A stretch of 64,000 bases of DNA from a virus (Duplodnaviria; Caudoviricetes): the IMG/VR virus record IMGVR_UViG_3300031992_000028, one strand, 5' to 3'. Both the position numbers and the translations under genes were made by a program. The notes beneath the pieces were generated by a model. That model saw only the letters and a program-made list of their open reading frames with translations. It was not told the DNA's origin and searched no databases. Below are positions 1-11,098 of the stretch, in pieces (within the stretch, counting starts at the first letter, position 1; every line of letters begins with the position of its first letter).

Positions 1-53
1 TGAGAAGCTACTGAGAAGTGTTTCATTTGCTAAATTATTTGAGGTTTGCAAAA

Positions 54-476
54 ATGCAGTGAAATAATGTTGATATAACTACCAAAGTAGCTATTACACG
101 CTTTCTAAAAGTTAAAAATAATTTACCAATTAAATTTATTTCAAGTAATTTTGCTGCAAGTGGCGAAAAACTTTATTACGCTTACTTTGAAGATACTAAA
201 TTATCTACATGATATAAAAGCATTAATTCGACACGAGAAGGTGTTTTTAGAGTAATTATTAACGAAGAATTTTTAAACTCTCAAACAAACGGCATTGATT
301 TAGTTGCTAAGATACCAAGCAATATATCAGATGAAAAAAGAATCATTTTAAGAATCGCTTACTCTATTTTGGTAAATTGACAAAGAGCTGTTATTGAAGC
401 TTATAAAACGGCAGAAAAAGATAGTAATAAAATTACTTATGCTAATGCTATGAATTGATATGAAGATTTAAAATAA
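54..476 (+). CDS. LRIAY-family paralog (code 4, 4 in-frame TGA)
   Basis: ATG54 to TAA476 is open if TGA=Trp; IILRIAYSIL motif; TGCTAAATTA at 28-37. Confidence 0.8.
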
Positions 477-477
477 T

Positions 478-819
478 ATGGCAAGATATAGTTTACAAGA
501 TGCACGTAGATATATAGTTCAAGCATTCATGAGACTTAATAAAGCTCGTGGTTTAAATTTAGCTTTACTTGATTTAGAGTATGCAGATTTAATGGGCTGA
601 GATTTTATTAAAGCTCATATGTATGATAAAACAACTCACACTAAGTTTGATAGTATGCTTAATGAGTTTATTTTTACCAGAGAAGATACTATGACAAATT
701 TAGACACACAAGCTAAAATACTTGGAAAAAATCTAAATGAAAGAGAAAAAATTATTTTAAGAGTTGCTTATACTATTTGAAGAGACTGGAAGGAAACTAG
801 AAATGTTGACGTGGACTAA
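478..819 (+). CDS. LRIAY-family paralog (code 4)
   Basis: Starts 1 nt after the previous stop; 2 TGA; IILRVAYTIW. Confidence 0.8.
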
Positions 820-1132
820 TCAAGACTTAGATGATTTCTGTGAACAAGCAGTCGAGCTTTTAAATAAGAAAAAGCAATTACAATTAGAATTAAGAAATTG
901 TTGGCTTTATTCAAATAGCTCTGGCAGTAATTTTCATATTATCTATCATAATAACTTTTTAGATAAAGATTTTCATTTATGTAGAAATGGTAGGATTTTG
1001 CAAGAAGGAACTATTGGTGTTGATAAAGTGGCCGAGCTAGAAAAAGTAGACGACATTAAATTAAAAATAGTTTTACGCATTGCATATTTTATTTATAAAG
1101 ACTGTCAAAGAGAGATGAAGGAAGATAAATAA
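803..1132 (+). CDS. LRIAY-family paralog
   Basis: Likely start ATG803; QAVELLNKKKQL...IVLRIAYFIY. Confidence 0.8.
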   Translation: MLTWTNQDLDDFCEQAVELLNKKKQLQLELRNCWLYSNSSGSNFHIIYHNNFLDKDFHLCRNGRILQEGTIGVDKVAELEKVDDIKLKIVLRIAYFIYKDCQREMKEDK

Positions 1133-1659
1133 TGGCTAGAGAAGTCTCATTTATGTTTAAAGACCTTGAAGAGCTTGCTCAAATTAAAGCAGGTGTTTTA
1201 GGTTATCTTCAAAGAGATATTAACAAGCTATTAAAAACAAAAGACTTAGATGCTGAATTTATAAATATTGCAACACCTGGAAAAGCTTATGGAAGGACTT
1301 GACTACTCTTTAAAGTTTATTACACTTGCTATGATGACCAAGATGATATGTTAGGAAATTATACGCATGTTTTCTTTGCTTACCCTATTCAACAAAACTT
1401 ATTTACAAGAGACCCAGACATGATGGACATTGTAGATGGACAAGCTAGAATTAAAGGAAGACAAGATAGATTAAGTGATATTGATTTAGTTAAGGTTAGA
1501 ATTCTTTATCATATATTTTATATTATTAAGTGTATTCAAGAAGATAATTTACCTGCAACCATTAAACTTCCTACTAAAAAATACATTGTAGTTGAATATG
1601 CCGATGCTGGAAACTTATTCTACGAGTTAAAAGATCATTTACCTGGGGGCTTTAATTAA
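1132..1659 (+). CDS. LRIAY-family paralog, divergent (code 4)
   Basis: TAATG overlap with the previous gene; one TGA joins it to ORF 1348-1659; VKVRILYHIF. Confidence 0.75.
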
Positions 1660-1660
1660 T

Positions 1661-2410
1661 ATGGGATTACAACTTGGAATGAATGAATCATCAAACATTA
1701 TTAGTCTAGCCATTAAAGCTACTGGAGAAAACTTGGATAGAGATTTTTATCATATTCATTCTGCACCAGGACATCAGGGCTTCTTTGTTGAAATTGCTGA
1801 CCAGACACTTGAAGGCAAGCTCTCTGCAGTATCTAACGACTATGATAATGGTGATTTTGTTTTTACTTTAAATATACCATATGAGTATTTTAATGATGAT
1901 CAATTGCCTGAAGATACTAAGCTTGGAATAAAACTTACAGACCACACTGAGGTAAAAGCTGAAATTAGATGTATGGGATTAATTGCTAAGACACACGAAG
2001 CATGACTTAAAGACCATGAAGTTTTTACCACAGAAGATTTAAGAAAAGTTATTAATGATGCTCTAGATAGATTAAGAAAAATTAAAAAATTAGATTTAAT
2101 GGTCCATGGAAATAAAGGCGAAAAAGCTGAAAAATATGTTTCATTGTGGCTTACTGAAGGACATATTCCTGCGACTGGTGGAAGTTTTCTTGATAGATTT
2201 TTCCCAGTTGAGCTACATGTCTATGACTATTATATTGATGTGGGAAATCATGTAGTCGATGAATTAATTGGTGAAACTAACCTCCGTGGTAAAAGCAGAC
2301 GAGAAGTTTGTCTATTAAGAGTAGCATATACTATTTATTCTGAATGTACTGGTTGGCTTCATAATAAATGACCAAAAGTTTTTAATGATTATGTAAACGG
2401 AGAGTTTTAG
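1661..2410 (+). CDS. LRIAY-family protein, probably two domains (code 4)
   Basis: ORFs 1661-2005 and 2099-2371 are in frame and joined by TGA; ends TAG2410; LLRVAYTIY. Confidence 0.75.
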
Positions 2411-2425
2411 TTAGGAGTTATATGT

Positions 2426-2764
2426 ATGGATCAAGCACAAAAAGATTTACTAATTAAAGATGCTGAGAAATATAAAGCAGATGACTATTTAGCTAAAGCT
2501 GTTCAGCTTCTATTTAAGAATAAAAAAATAAAAATAGAAATAGTTGCTCATGAATGAGATATTAGTAATGTCAGTGATAAGCTAATTTTTAAGCTATGAT
2601 ATTCTGCAGATGGTCATGAAGTAGTATTAAATATATTAGAAAGTGTTTTTAAAGATTATAATAGAGATGCAGATAAAGATATTGGAATTAAAAATGATTT
2701 GCCAATAAGCACTAAAATTATTTTGAGACTTGCATATCTATTATACAAACATAGAAATGATTAA
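2426..2764 (+). CDS. LRIAY-family paralog (code 4)
   Basis: AGGAG SD; 2 TGA; KAVQLLFKNKKI...ILRLAYLLY; absent from the ORF track. Confidence 0.8.
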
Positions 2765-2857
2765 CTGCTAAATTAAGTAACATAAATCATTTGCATGGTT
2801 TGAAAGGTGTCGAAAGGCATCTTTTTTTATCTCCGGCTATTGTATAATATAATAAGT

Positions 2858-3388
2858 ATGTCCACAGAAGAATTAATTGAAAAGGCAGTAGAAAATTTAA
2901 ATAGGGTTAAGCAATTAAACCTAAAGATAACAGGCATATTATTACAGCTTGGCAATGATAATAATTTTTCTGTATCAATATTAGATAATGAAAGTGACTG
3001 CACATTTGACACTATTATTGATGAACAGGTTACTACTAAACAGCTGTTACCAGATGACCCTGTAAGTCTATCACCAGATACTATTATAATGCTGAGAATA
3101 GCTAAGCGTATATTTGAAGCTTATAAAAAATTTAAATCTAAACTTGTTGATGATAGCTTAACACTTAATGCTAACCAAACAATTAGTTCAATACAATGGG
3201 GTAATACTACTTATGATATTGGAGTTAATGGTAGAAGCTTAACTGCAACATTTGATGAAGTAGATGAGCTAAAAAATAAGCTTAATAATTTACAAACTGA
3301 AAAAGATCACTTGGAACAAGAATTACAAAGCACAAAAGCAATAGTTGATTTACTCCTTCAACGATGCCAAGATAAAGGAATTCTATAA
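2858..3388 (+). CDS. LRIAY-family paralog with C-terminal coiled coil
   Basis: ATG shortly after TTGTATAAT; KAVENLNRVKQL...MLRIAKRIF. Confidence 0.75.
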   Translation: MSTEELIEKAVENLNRVKQLNLKITGILLQLGNDNNFSVSILDNESDCTFDTIIDEQVTTKQLLPDDPVSLSPDTIIMLRIAKRIFEAYKKFKSKLVDDSLTLNANQTISSIQWGNTTYDIGVNGRSLTATFDEVDELKNKLNNLQTEKDHLEQELQSTKAIVDLLLQRCQDKGIL

Positions 3389-3453
3389 ATTAGAAATTTG
3401 TAAAAAAACTATTTACAAGTTTCTTTTTTTATAGTATAATATAAATAGAGGTA

Positions 3454-3855
3454 ATGAATATGTTTAGAAAAGCTACTAAGACAGAATTTAGAAATAAACA
3501 AGGCAAGTTAGCCAAAGATATTATTGACTGGCTTTTAAAGAAAGAAATCTTTGATGATACTTTTATTTATGTAAATGGCAAACGTTATGGAACCTATGAT
3601 GGTGAAGGCCATTATAATTATGGAACTAACTCTTGGGACAAAGTTTATGTAGAAGATAATAAAGACCCTAAAGACTACTTTGAATATGCAGGAAAGATTT
3701 TATCTATGTCTTTTGAGGGACCACTTTATGATTTATTAAACTATGGCTTTGAGTGGAATAGCCATGCTGAAGATGAACTTAGAAATATCTTTCATAAATA
3801 TGGCTATTACTTTGAACTTGGAAATGCTTGGAACTTAACAGCAGTGGAGGAATAA
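3454..3855 (+). CDS. hypothetical phage protein
   Basis: ORF with GAGG SD after a TTTACA..TATAAT promoter. Confidence 0.75.
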   Translation: MNMFRKATKTEFRNKQGKLAKDIIDWLLKKEIFDDTFIYVNGKRYGTYDGEGHYNYGTNSWDKVYVEDNKDPKDYFEYAGKILSMSFEGPLYDLLNYGFEWNSHAEDELRNIFHKYGYYFELGNAWNLTAVEE

Positions 3856-3857
3856 TT

Positions 3858-4346
3858 ATGTTTCCAGATTTATTAGAAGCTCTTGGGGCTTATACTGATT
3901 ACTATATGGACGACACAGACCCAGAGGTTAAAGACGCATTTAAAAAAATACTTAAAGATATGTGGCATGAGAAAGCTATAAAGTATGTAGATGATACCGG
4001 TGAGATTACTGGTGAAGCTCGTGCTATTTTAGAAAAGGCTTTACAATTACTTCATAAAAATAAAAACATTCATCTCAGATTTGATTTGAATTCTGAAAAT
4101 TGCAGCATGCGTCATATGCAAGACCCAAGAAGTTTAAGTTCACAAATAACTTTACAATTTGAAGTAAAAGAAGGCTTAGCTAAACAATCTATTAAAGCTA
4201 CCTTTAATAAAGAAGTTTTTACTGCTAATTGGTTACCAACTGATGATTATGCTAGTATCTCAAATAAAATTAAAGCCTTAGATACTACAACCTATCGTGG
4301 TATTAGACTTGCTTATATTATCTATCAAGCAATTAAAAATAATTAA
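3858..4346 (+). CDS. LRIAY-family paralog
   Basis: GGAGG SD; KALQLLHKNKNI...GIRLAYIIY. Confidence 0.75.
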   Translation: MFPDLLEALGAYTDYYMDDTDPEVKDAFKKILKDMWHEKAIKYVDDTGEITGEARAILEKALQLLHKNKNIHLRFDLNSENCSMRHMQDPRSLSSQITLQFEVKEGLAKQSIKATFNKEVFTANWLPTDDYASISNKIKALDTTTYRGIRLAYIIYQAIKNN

Positions 4347-4410
4347 TTTTATTATTTACATACACATTTATTTGTGATATAATATTAATAGAAAGTTGAG
4401 GTTAACAACT

Positions 4411-5076
4411 ATGGAAAAAGAATATCAGAAAATTGGAAATGTATTTAAGTTCGATGAAAAGTTTAGAACTATTGTTGGTTTAAATGAACCTTATGAAACT
4501 TTAAAGAACATTATTTGGCAAGGCACTGAAAAGATTGACGGAACTAACATTCGTATTCATTGGGATGGCCATGACATCGAATTCGCTGGTCACACAGATA
4601 AAGCACAAATTCCACCAAAACTTCAAGCTTACTTAGAGTCTGTGTTCAAAGTTCCAGAAATGGAATATATTTTTGAACAAGTCTTTGGTGAATCTGAAGC
4701 TTATATCTTTGGTGAAGGTTTTGGTGCTGGAATTCAAAAGTCTGGCGGAGACTATGTAGAAAACGGAACTGATGTTTCTTTCATTGTCTTTGATGTTCAA
4801 ATCGATGGTTGGGACCTTGATAGAAAAAATACTACAGATGTCGCTACTAAACTTGGCTTACCTTCTGTCCCTGTTTGCTTTGAAGGAACTTTAGACGAAG
4901 CTAAAGCTTATGTTGCTGAACATCATATGTCTACACTTAATGGCGGAAAACATGAAATGGAGGGCTTAGTCTTAGTGCCTCGCGATATTCAATTATATGA
5001 CAAGAAGCATCACCTCATCAAGTGCAAATGCAAGTATAGAGATATGGTTCGTGCTGGCTTAGTTGAGGAGAAATAA
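4411..5076 (+). CDS. RNA ligase, Rnl2-like nucleotidyltransferase domain
   Basis: TEKIDGTN (motif I), FGEGFG, FIVFDV, EGLVL, KCK. Confidence 0.8.
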   Translation: MEKEYQKIGNVFKFDEKFRTIVGLNEPYETLKNIIWQGTEKIDGTNIRIHWDGHDIEFAGHTDKAQIPPKLQAYLESVFKVPEMEYIFEQVFGESEAYIFGEGFGAGIQKSGGDYVENGTDVSFIVFDVQIDGWDLDRKNTTDVATKLGLPSVPVCFEGTLDEAKAYVAEHHMSTLNGGKHEMEGLVLVPRDIQLYDKKHHLIKCKCKYRDMVRAGLVEEK

Positions 5077-5078
5077 TT

Positions 5079-5414
5079 ATGAGCTTAGATGCAAAAGTTT
5101 ATATTGGCTATGGCATTGATATTGGCTATGACAGATTTACCGAATATGAAGAGCGAGTAGACTATATGTATGACTTTGAAAGAAACGATGGTACTGAACT
5201 TGTTATTGATGGAATGAGCGGAAATTACGCACTTATCATGAGTGTCATTGATGTAGTTGAAGACCTTTATGGCGGTAGCGATGAAGTGCTAGCGCTTGAA
5301 ATTACAGATAAAGCTGAAGTAGTTGAGAAGCTTAAAGCTGCTTATAAAGAAATTACTGGTGAAGATGCTAGTGATGAAAACGTCAAACTTTATAGAGTTG
5401 TTTGGGTTGGTTAA
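5079..5414 (+). CDS. hypothetical protein
   Basis: ORF in operon with SD. Confidence 0.7.
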   Translation: MSLDAKVYIGYGIDIGYDRFTEYEERVDYMYDFERNDGTELVIDGMSGNYALIMSVIDVVEDLYGGSDEVLALEITDKAEVVEKLKAAYKEITGEDASDENVKLYRVVWVG

Positions 5415-5415
5415 T

Positions 5416-5889
5416 ATGAAGATTTATATTGCTGCAAGTTTCGCATATGAAGATAAGGCTAAGACCAGCCAAAAGAAAGACTTAATTGAGAAGACAGTCA
5501 AAAGAATTAAGAAATTTCTAAAAGGCGATTACTATTTGCCACATCAACTAAAGATTCCAAATGCTTGGGACATTAGTTTAGAAGAATGGTCAAGAGCTGT
5601 ATATGAGCATGATATGAAAGCACTTGAAGAGTCTGAAGTAGTAATCTTCTTAAGTTTTGGCAAAGAGAATAATGCTGGCTCAGCTTGGGAAATGGGGTAT
5701 GTTCATGGGTTTAATTTACATGAGCAAGTTCATTTTCCAAAAACAGTTGTTGTAGTAAAGATGACTGATGAGCCTGAAAGTCTTATGATTAGTAATTCAG
5801 TAGATAGAATTATTATGAGTAATGAAATTGAAACCTATGATTGGAAGACACTTCCAAAATATAAAACAGCTTTAGAAAAATTAAGTTAA
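5416..5889 (+). CDS. nucleoside 2-deoxyribosyltransferase-like protein
   Basis: MKIYIAASF, DMKALEES, GSAWEMGY motifs. Confidence 0.75.
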   Translation: MKIYIAASFAYEDKAKTSQKKDLIEKTVKRIKKFLKGDYYLPHQLKIPNAWDISLEEWSRAVYEHDMKALEESEVVIFLSFGKENNAGSAWEMGYVHGFNLHEQVHFPKTVVVVKMTDEPESLMISNSVDRIIMSNEIETYDWKTLPKYKTALEKLS

Positions 5890-6063
5890 TAATATGAGAC
5901 AGTGGAAGATAGAAAGAATAGCAACTTTTGATGATGAAGAGCTCGCTAATTTTATTACTGAGATAGACAATAGACCTGGCTGTGAAGTTAAAGAAGTAAT
6001 ATTTATTGGTAATAACACAGTAAAAGTTAGACTCTATCAAATCTTATATATAGAGGACTAGAA

Positions 6064-6333
6064 ATGAAAGTGAGTGAATTAATTCATCTACTACAAAAAT
6101 ACCCAGATAAAGAAGTTATAGTAAGAATTGGTAATGGCTTATTTTGTCCAGTAGAGCTAGTAAAACTCTTTGATGGAAACATTATTATAGTAGGGAAAGA
6201 CCTAAAAGTCTCTGACAAATGTGTTGATTTTGAGCCTTTGAAGTTCGAGACTTCTGTCGAAAAGCTCTATATTATAGATAATAAGAAATATGACTTCCGC
6301 CAAAATACACTCATAGTAGTATGAAGATTTTAA
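6064..6333 (+). CDS. hypothetical protein (ends TAA6333 under code 4)
   Basis: MKVSELIHLLQKYPD start typical of small phage proteins. Confidence 0.65.
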
Positions 6334-6488
6334 GACTTCTGTCAAAAGCAGAAGTTTTTTCTTTATTTAAAACTGAATCTCCGTCAGTCTGGCCCCAAGT
6401 AATTAAGAAATTGGGCGAAGCCCTTTTGAGGTGAAAAAATTGCCTTTGAGTCAATTTATTTGCTAAATTATACAAAGAGTAAAGCTTT

Positions 6489-6929
6489 ATGGATAAGATT
6501 TCAGAACTTCAACAACATAGAAACAAACTACTTGAGGGAAACAATTTAAGTACTTCAATTGCCAAGATGATCAGAGTCAAAGACCTTCCAGCTACCTTTC
6601 ACTCAGCTACCACAATTGCTGGCCGAGATGGTAAGACCGAGATAGTGTTGGAGCTCTTCATTGATGTATTGAACACAGAGAAAATTGCAAGAGTTTATTT
6701 ATACCTTACTGAGGACCTTTTTGACCCAGATAGCTTTAGTTATATAGATGGTGAAATAGGCCTTGGAGATAAGAAAATAGACATAGACGATTTCATTAAA
6801 CTTAGAGCTCTTCGAACAGTATATAATGTAATAAGAAATATAAGCACTGGTTATGCAAATGCAGTCGACCCAAATAAAATAATATATGTCAGAACTCGAT
6901 GAACAGGTATGTGTGATTATAGTAATTAA
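6489..6929 (+). CDS. LRIAY-family paralog, divergent (code 4)
   Basis: TGCTAAATTA at 6461; IKLRALRTVY; TGA6900 read through. Confidence 0.7.
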
Positions 6930-6941
6930 GGCGGTAATAAT

Positions 6942-7328
6942 ATGACAGACAGTGAATTTAGAACAAGAAAAATGATAGTCTTGAGGGCAATAGCAGCCTT
7001 ACAAAAACGCTTAGTTATTAAGGTAGAAGCCTCAGATATTTATATAAAACATGATAATATAATGGTTGATTTTATATATACAGATAGTATTAATTTTAAT
7101 CCACCAGTAGATAAAAAGATAACTTTAGGCTTCAGTAATAAATGATTTAATACAGAAGATTGGCTTACACAAGGTCAATTTGGAGATAGTTGAATGAAAC
7201 AAAATTTTGAAGACACAGAAGCCCATATATCATCTAGTGCTGCTATGTCAGAAGAAGATAAAGCAGTCTTACGTATTGCTTACCAATTCTTTAGATATCT
7301 TAAGCCATATAAAGAATTTCTTAAATAG
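6942..7328 (+). CDS. LRIAY-family paralog (code 4)
   Basis: Two TGA; the VLRIAYQFF motif lies downstream of both. Confidence 0.8.
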
Positions 7329-7330
7329 TT

Positions 7331-7711
7331 ATGAATTACCCATATAGACCCCAAAAAGAATGAGACATAATAAATATAGTTAAGAAAGCTATTAGGACCT
7401 TAAATAAGAAAAAAGGTGCTAATTTTAAGATGCGTAATATTAGCTTTGGTTTAGGTGTAGATGATAAGTATGGCTCAGGACAATTAGATACTACAGTAAG
7501 CTTAACAGTGCAAGATACAGTAAGTAAAAAGACAATAAAATTATTCTGGTATGAAAGCTTCTTTAATGCTGAATTACCAGACGATAAAGATGAAGTAGCA
7601 GGAGTAAATAAAGTAAGCAAACCAGAAGACAAAGTATTACTTAGAATTGCTTATAGCATTTGGTTCTGCAGACACTGAATGAGCTCACCACAAAAGAAAA
7701 ATATAAAATAG
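7331..7711 (+). CDS. LRIAY-family paralog (code 4)
   Basis: Two TGA; KKAIRTLNKKKG...LLRIAYSIW. Confidence 0.8.
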
Positions 7712-7821
7712 TTTTAAAATAATCTGCTATAATTAATTGAAGGTTGTTAAAAAGGGTGAAATAGGTTTCACTCAAAATATCCTTCTTTTTTTATACTCTT
7801 TTGCGCCGTATAATATAATGT

Positions 7822-8253
7822 ATGAACTTTAATGTTATAGACCAAGCGGTGAAGTTAGTAAGAGATAAATTCAAGATAGATTTTATCGTTAACAATTATA
7901 CACTAGAGACAGACCCAGAAGAAGTAATGATGTTTGGTGATGGTAATAAGCTTAGACTTCATAGAGAGCCAGAGCTTAAGATGACAATCACTGTAGTAGA
8001 AGACTATACTTCTTGGACCGAGCATACAGATTTAGATTATGTAATATTCGGTAGTGATATACAAGACGGAAGCTTAGTAGACGAAGTCATTGGTGGAAAC
8101 ATCAAAGGTTATGACTTAGCTATGAGGCAAGCTCTGAGACTCGCCTTCATCATATATAATGGAATCCAATATGGTGTAAAGAGAGAGCAACGAAAAGATT
8201 ATATAGACAAAGGTTGGCACCCAAGAGTGGTAAGTGTAAGAATGAGATACTAA
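7822..8253 (+). CDS. LRIAY-family paralog
   Basis: DQAVKLVRDKF...ALRLAFIIY. Confidence 0.75.
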   Translation: MNFNVIDQAVKLVRDKFKIDFIVNNYTLETDPEEVMMFGDGNKLRLHREPELKMTITVVEDYTSWTEHTDLDYVIFGSDIQDGSLVDEVIGGNIKGYDLAMRQALRLAFIIYNGIQYGVKREQRKDYIDKGWHPRVVSVRMRY

Positions 8254-8309
8254 AAAATATCTCATTTTTTTATTTACTTTTAAAGGCAACTATGGTATAA
8301 TATAAATGT

Positions 8310-9374
8310 ATGAGTAAGATTATCGGAACTTGTTTAGGAGAATATGTAAAAGAAGAAGATGTTTTTTATGATCCTCTAACTGACATATATAAGATAAAGG
8401 CTGGAGATAGACTAGTGGAAATTGATGGCCACGCTTTGCAGTCTGAGAGTCTAAGAACTTTACAGGAAGCCTTAAGTAATGTAGACGACGAAAACATTAA
8501 GATAGATATGTTAGGCAGTTGGGCTAAGGCGAGAAGTAATCCGACATATATAGATTCAAACTCTACATTCATCGATACTCAGGTTCCTTATACAGCGAAA
8601 GAGATAACTGACAAACTACAAGAAGCGGTGAGCAACTTGAGTAGCAAAACATCGGCTGCGGGGCTGGCTGCAGGAGCGCCTTTTGACAGTCAGAGCCAAG
8701 ACCCCTTGCGTGCGCGCGTTGAAGCAGCCGGAGCTTATGTCAGACCAGCAGACCCAGGAAGCTGGAGCGTCCGCTTCACCGACAAAGCCGCCGAGAAGCT
8801 TAGGGCGAACAGCGTTTATGGCCTCGGAAGCGCACAAGCCCACACCTCGGCGCCCTGGGACGATCCGCTAGCTGCCGACTTGACGAAAGCTCAGAATACT
8901 GTAGCTTGTATAGATATGCCAGACTATAGACCAGACTATAACCCTAATGCGAGAGTTGATATATATTATCATGATAGATTTCCTTCTATACCATTTAAGT
9001 CTATTATAGAGGACGCGATTGAATTACTAAATAAAAATAAAAATTTACATATATCTAAAATTTCTTTACATAATGAAAAATTTAGTAACTATGATATATC
9101 TCTTACATTCTCGGCCGATCATCCGACATCCCCAGGACTTAGAAAAGTTTTAGAAGTATTATTTACACATACGGCGTTCGACCGAGCTTACAAAACAGAC
9201 TTAGATAAGAATGCAGGACTTAGAGCAAAGCTTGATACAAATACTTATATGAAACTTAGAATTGCTTTCTTACTATATGAGGCTCTGAAACTTAATGATG
9301 CAGACGCCAAAAAGATACACTTAGACATCTTTAGAATATTTGCAAGCGACACAAGACCAAATTTCCATATTTAA
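8310..9374 (+). CDS. protein with a GC-rich internal segment and a C-terminal LRIAY-family domain
   Basis: DAIELLNKNKNL...KLRIAFLLY. Confidence 0.75.
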   Translation: MSKIIGTCLGEYVKEEDVFYDPLTDIYKIKAGDRLVEIDGHALQSESLRTLQEALSNVDDENIKIDMLGSWAKARSNPTYIDSNSTFIDTQVPYTAKEITDKLQEAVSNLSSKTSAAGLAAGAPFDSQSQDPLRARVEAAGAYVRPADPGSWSVRFTDKAAEKLRANSVYGLGSAQAHTSAPWDDPLAADLTKAQNTVACIDMPDYRPDYNPNARVDIYYHDRFPSIPFKSIIEDAIELLNKNKNLHISKISLHNEKFSNYDISLTFSADHPTSPGLRKVLEVLFTHTAFDRAYKTDLDKNAGLRAKLDTNTYMKLRIAFLLYEALKLNDADAKKIHLDIFRIFASDTRPNFHI

Positions 9375-9439
9375 AACTTATTTAAGGCCGTCACAACAAA
9401 CAAAACAGCATAAGCCAGGATAAAATTATATCTTGGCTT

Positions 9440-10760
9440 TTTTCGTGCCCCAAAACGCCCCGTTTTGCTTTTTGCCCGAAATTGGTACGTTTTCGTTTTT
9501 TAGCTTTTCTGAATTTGCCCCGTTTTCGTTACTGGCCAGATCCGCGATCCAGGGCGTCCGAAATTAGTACGTTTTCAAAAACCGAAATCACCCCAGTTTC
9601 AAAAAGCCGAAATCAGTACGTTTTCAAAATAGCCAATTTGGGGCGATTTCGTTTTGGGGCAGATAAAATACCTACTTAATATAAAAAGTGTCACAGAATG
9701 CGTTTGTGACATGTCTGTGACTATTCTAAGCTTTTGCCATATAACTAAAAGAAAAGCGACGACTCAGAGCCTGGATTTAAGAGAGAGGTGATGGCTCGTT
9801 GTGTGTCGTCGCCGGCTAAGAGGACATTGTGGGTGACCGGTTAGCCTTGAAAGGAGGTAATTGTCATAAGGGGATTTGACTCGCTAAACTGCCCGAAACC
9901 TAATGACTTGATTCTGTTTGTGATTCTGTTTAAATTACGTATCGTTAGTTTTTTTGACACTCTATTGATTACCTATCGTTATACGTATCGTCTGAGGCAT
10001 TCCTTTTCATTATTGGCAGTTTTTCGGTTGCCTCATACTATATTATACAACTAAAAATTATTTTTTAACAACTTTTTTCAAATTTAGGCAATTTCAGCTT
10101 CACATGTGTGCGTGTGTGGCGGCGCGCCAGTATTCTTAAACGTTAGAAGAATACCGCGCGTGGCCATGTGCGTGCGTATACACCAAAGCTTTCAAACTAA
10201 GGCAATTTCAAATTGAGCTGATTTCAAACGCAGGTCGACTTTAGCTTATATATTTTTTTATTTAAATAAAATAAATATATAAGTTAAAAAGTGCTCAAAG
10301 TGGGTTAATTTGTAAAAAAAGTTAAAAAAACTATTTACAGCTATTTACTTTTGTGCTATAATATTGTTATAATGGGGAGTGTTTTTTTATAAAAAAATAA
10401 AAAAGCCCTTAAATTAGCATAGTTCAGGCTGTATAATATAATAGGGAATAAAATGAAATTGTTCCAATTTCATTTATGTGTGCGCAAGCACACACGTGTA
10501 ATACTAAAAAAATTCATTACTAAATCAGGGTGTTTTTAATAATTTAATAAATTAATAATTTAATGATTTAATGTTTTAATAAATTATTAACACATAAATA
10601 TATGTACATGAATTATCTATATTAATTCTTAGCTAATATCATATAGCTATAGTAGCATAGCTTATAATAATAGCTTATATATAAGCTTTTGGCGCCCGCA
10701 CACATATGTACATGCGTACAGTAAGTACGGAATTAAAGTAGTTTCAAATTGAGGAGATTT
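9440..10760. other. non-coding repeat-rich region, candidate replication origin or genome-terminus region
   Basis: TACGTTTTC x3 (9487, 9568, 9617), CCGAAATCA repeats, TTTCAAA-N3-GG..ATTTCA repeats, alternating purine-pyrimidine tracts, AT-rich 9-mer array; adjacent to a helicase gene. Confidence 0.5.
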
Positions 10761-10766
10761 CAAAAC

Positions 10767-11072
10767 ATGGCGAATCCAGAACAAAAGAAGTGACCAGTCA
10801 TCACTTGTCCACATTGCGGTTATCAATATGCCCCAGCAGAGATATTCATGCCAGGAGATCTGATTGGCAATCCAGAACAAGTTGTTAGAGATGCACTTGG
10901 CAAAATCATCTACCAAGAGTATGATGAAGATAGTGAACCAGCACAAGTTGGGCACTACATCTGCGACGAGTGTGGAAAACCATTCATCGTAGAGCCAGTA
11001 ATTACATATAAAGTTAAGAAAGAAGATGAGGCTAAAGATTTCAGTGACCTTTCAGCCAGCTTACTAGACTAA
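10767..11072 (+). CDS. zinc-ribbon protein (code 4)
   Basis: GAGGAG SD; starting at ATG10767 through TGA10791 gives both CPHC and CDEC. Confidence 0.75.
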
Positions 11073-11098
11073 TTCCAAGTCAGGGAGATTTCAGATAA

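Noticed and set aside
9482-9679. 65-aa ORF in the repeat region
   Set aside because: TTG start, no SD, and the sequence is explained by DNA repeats.
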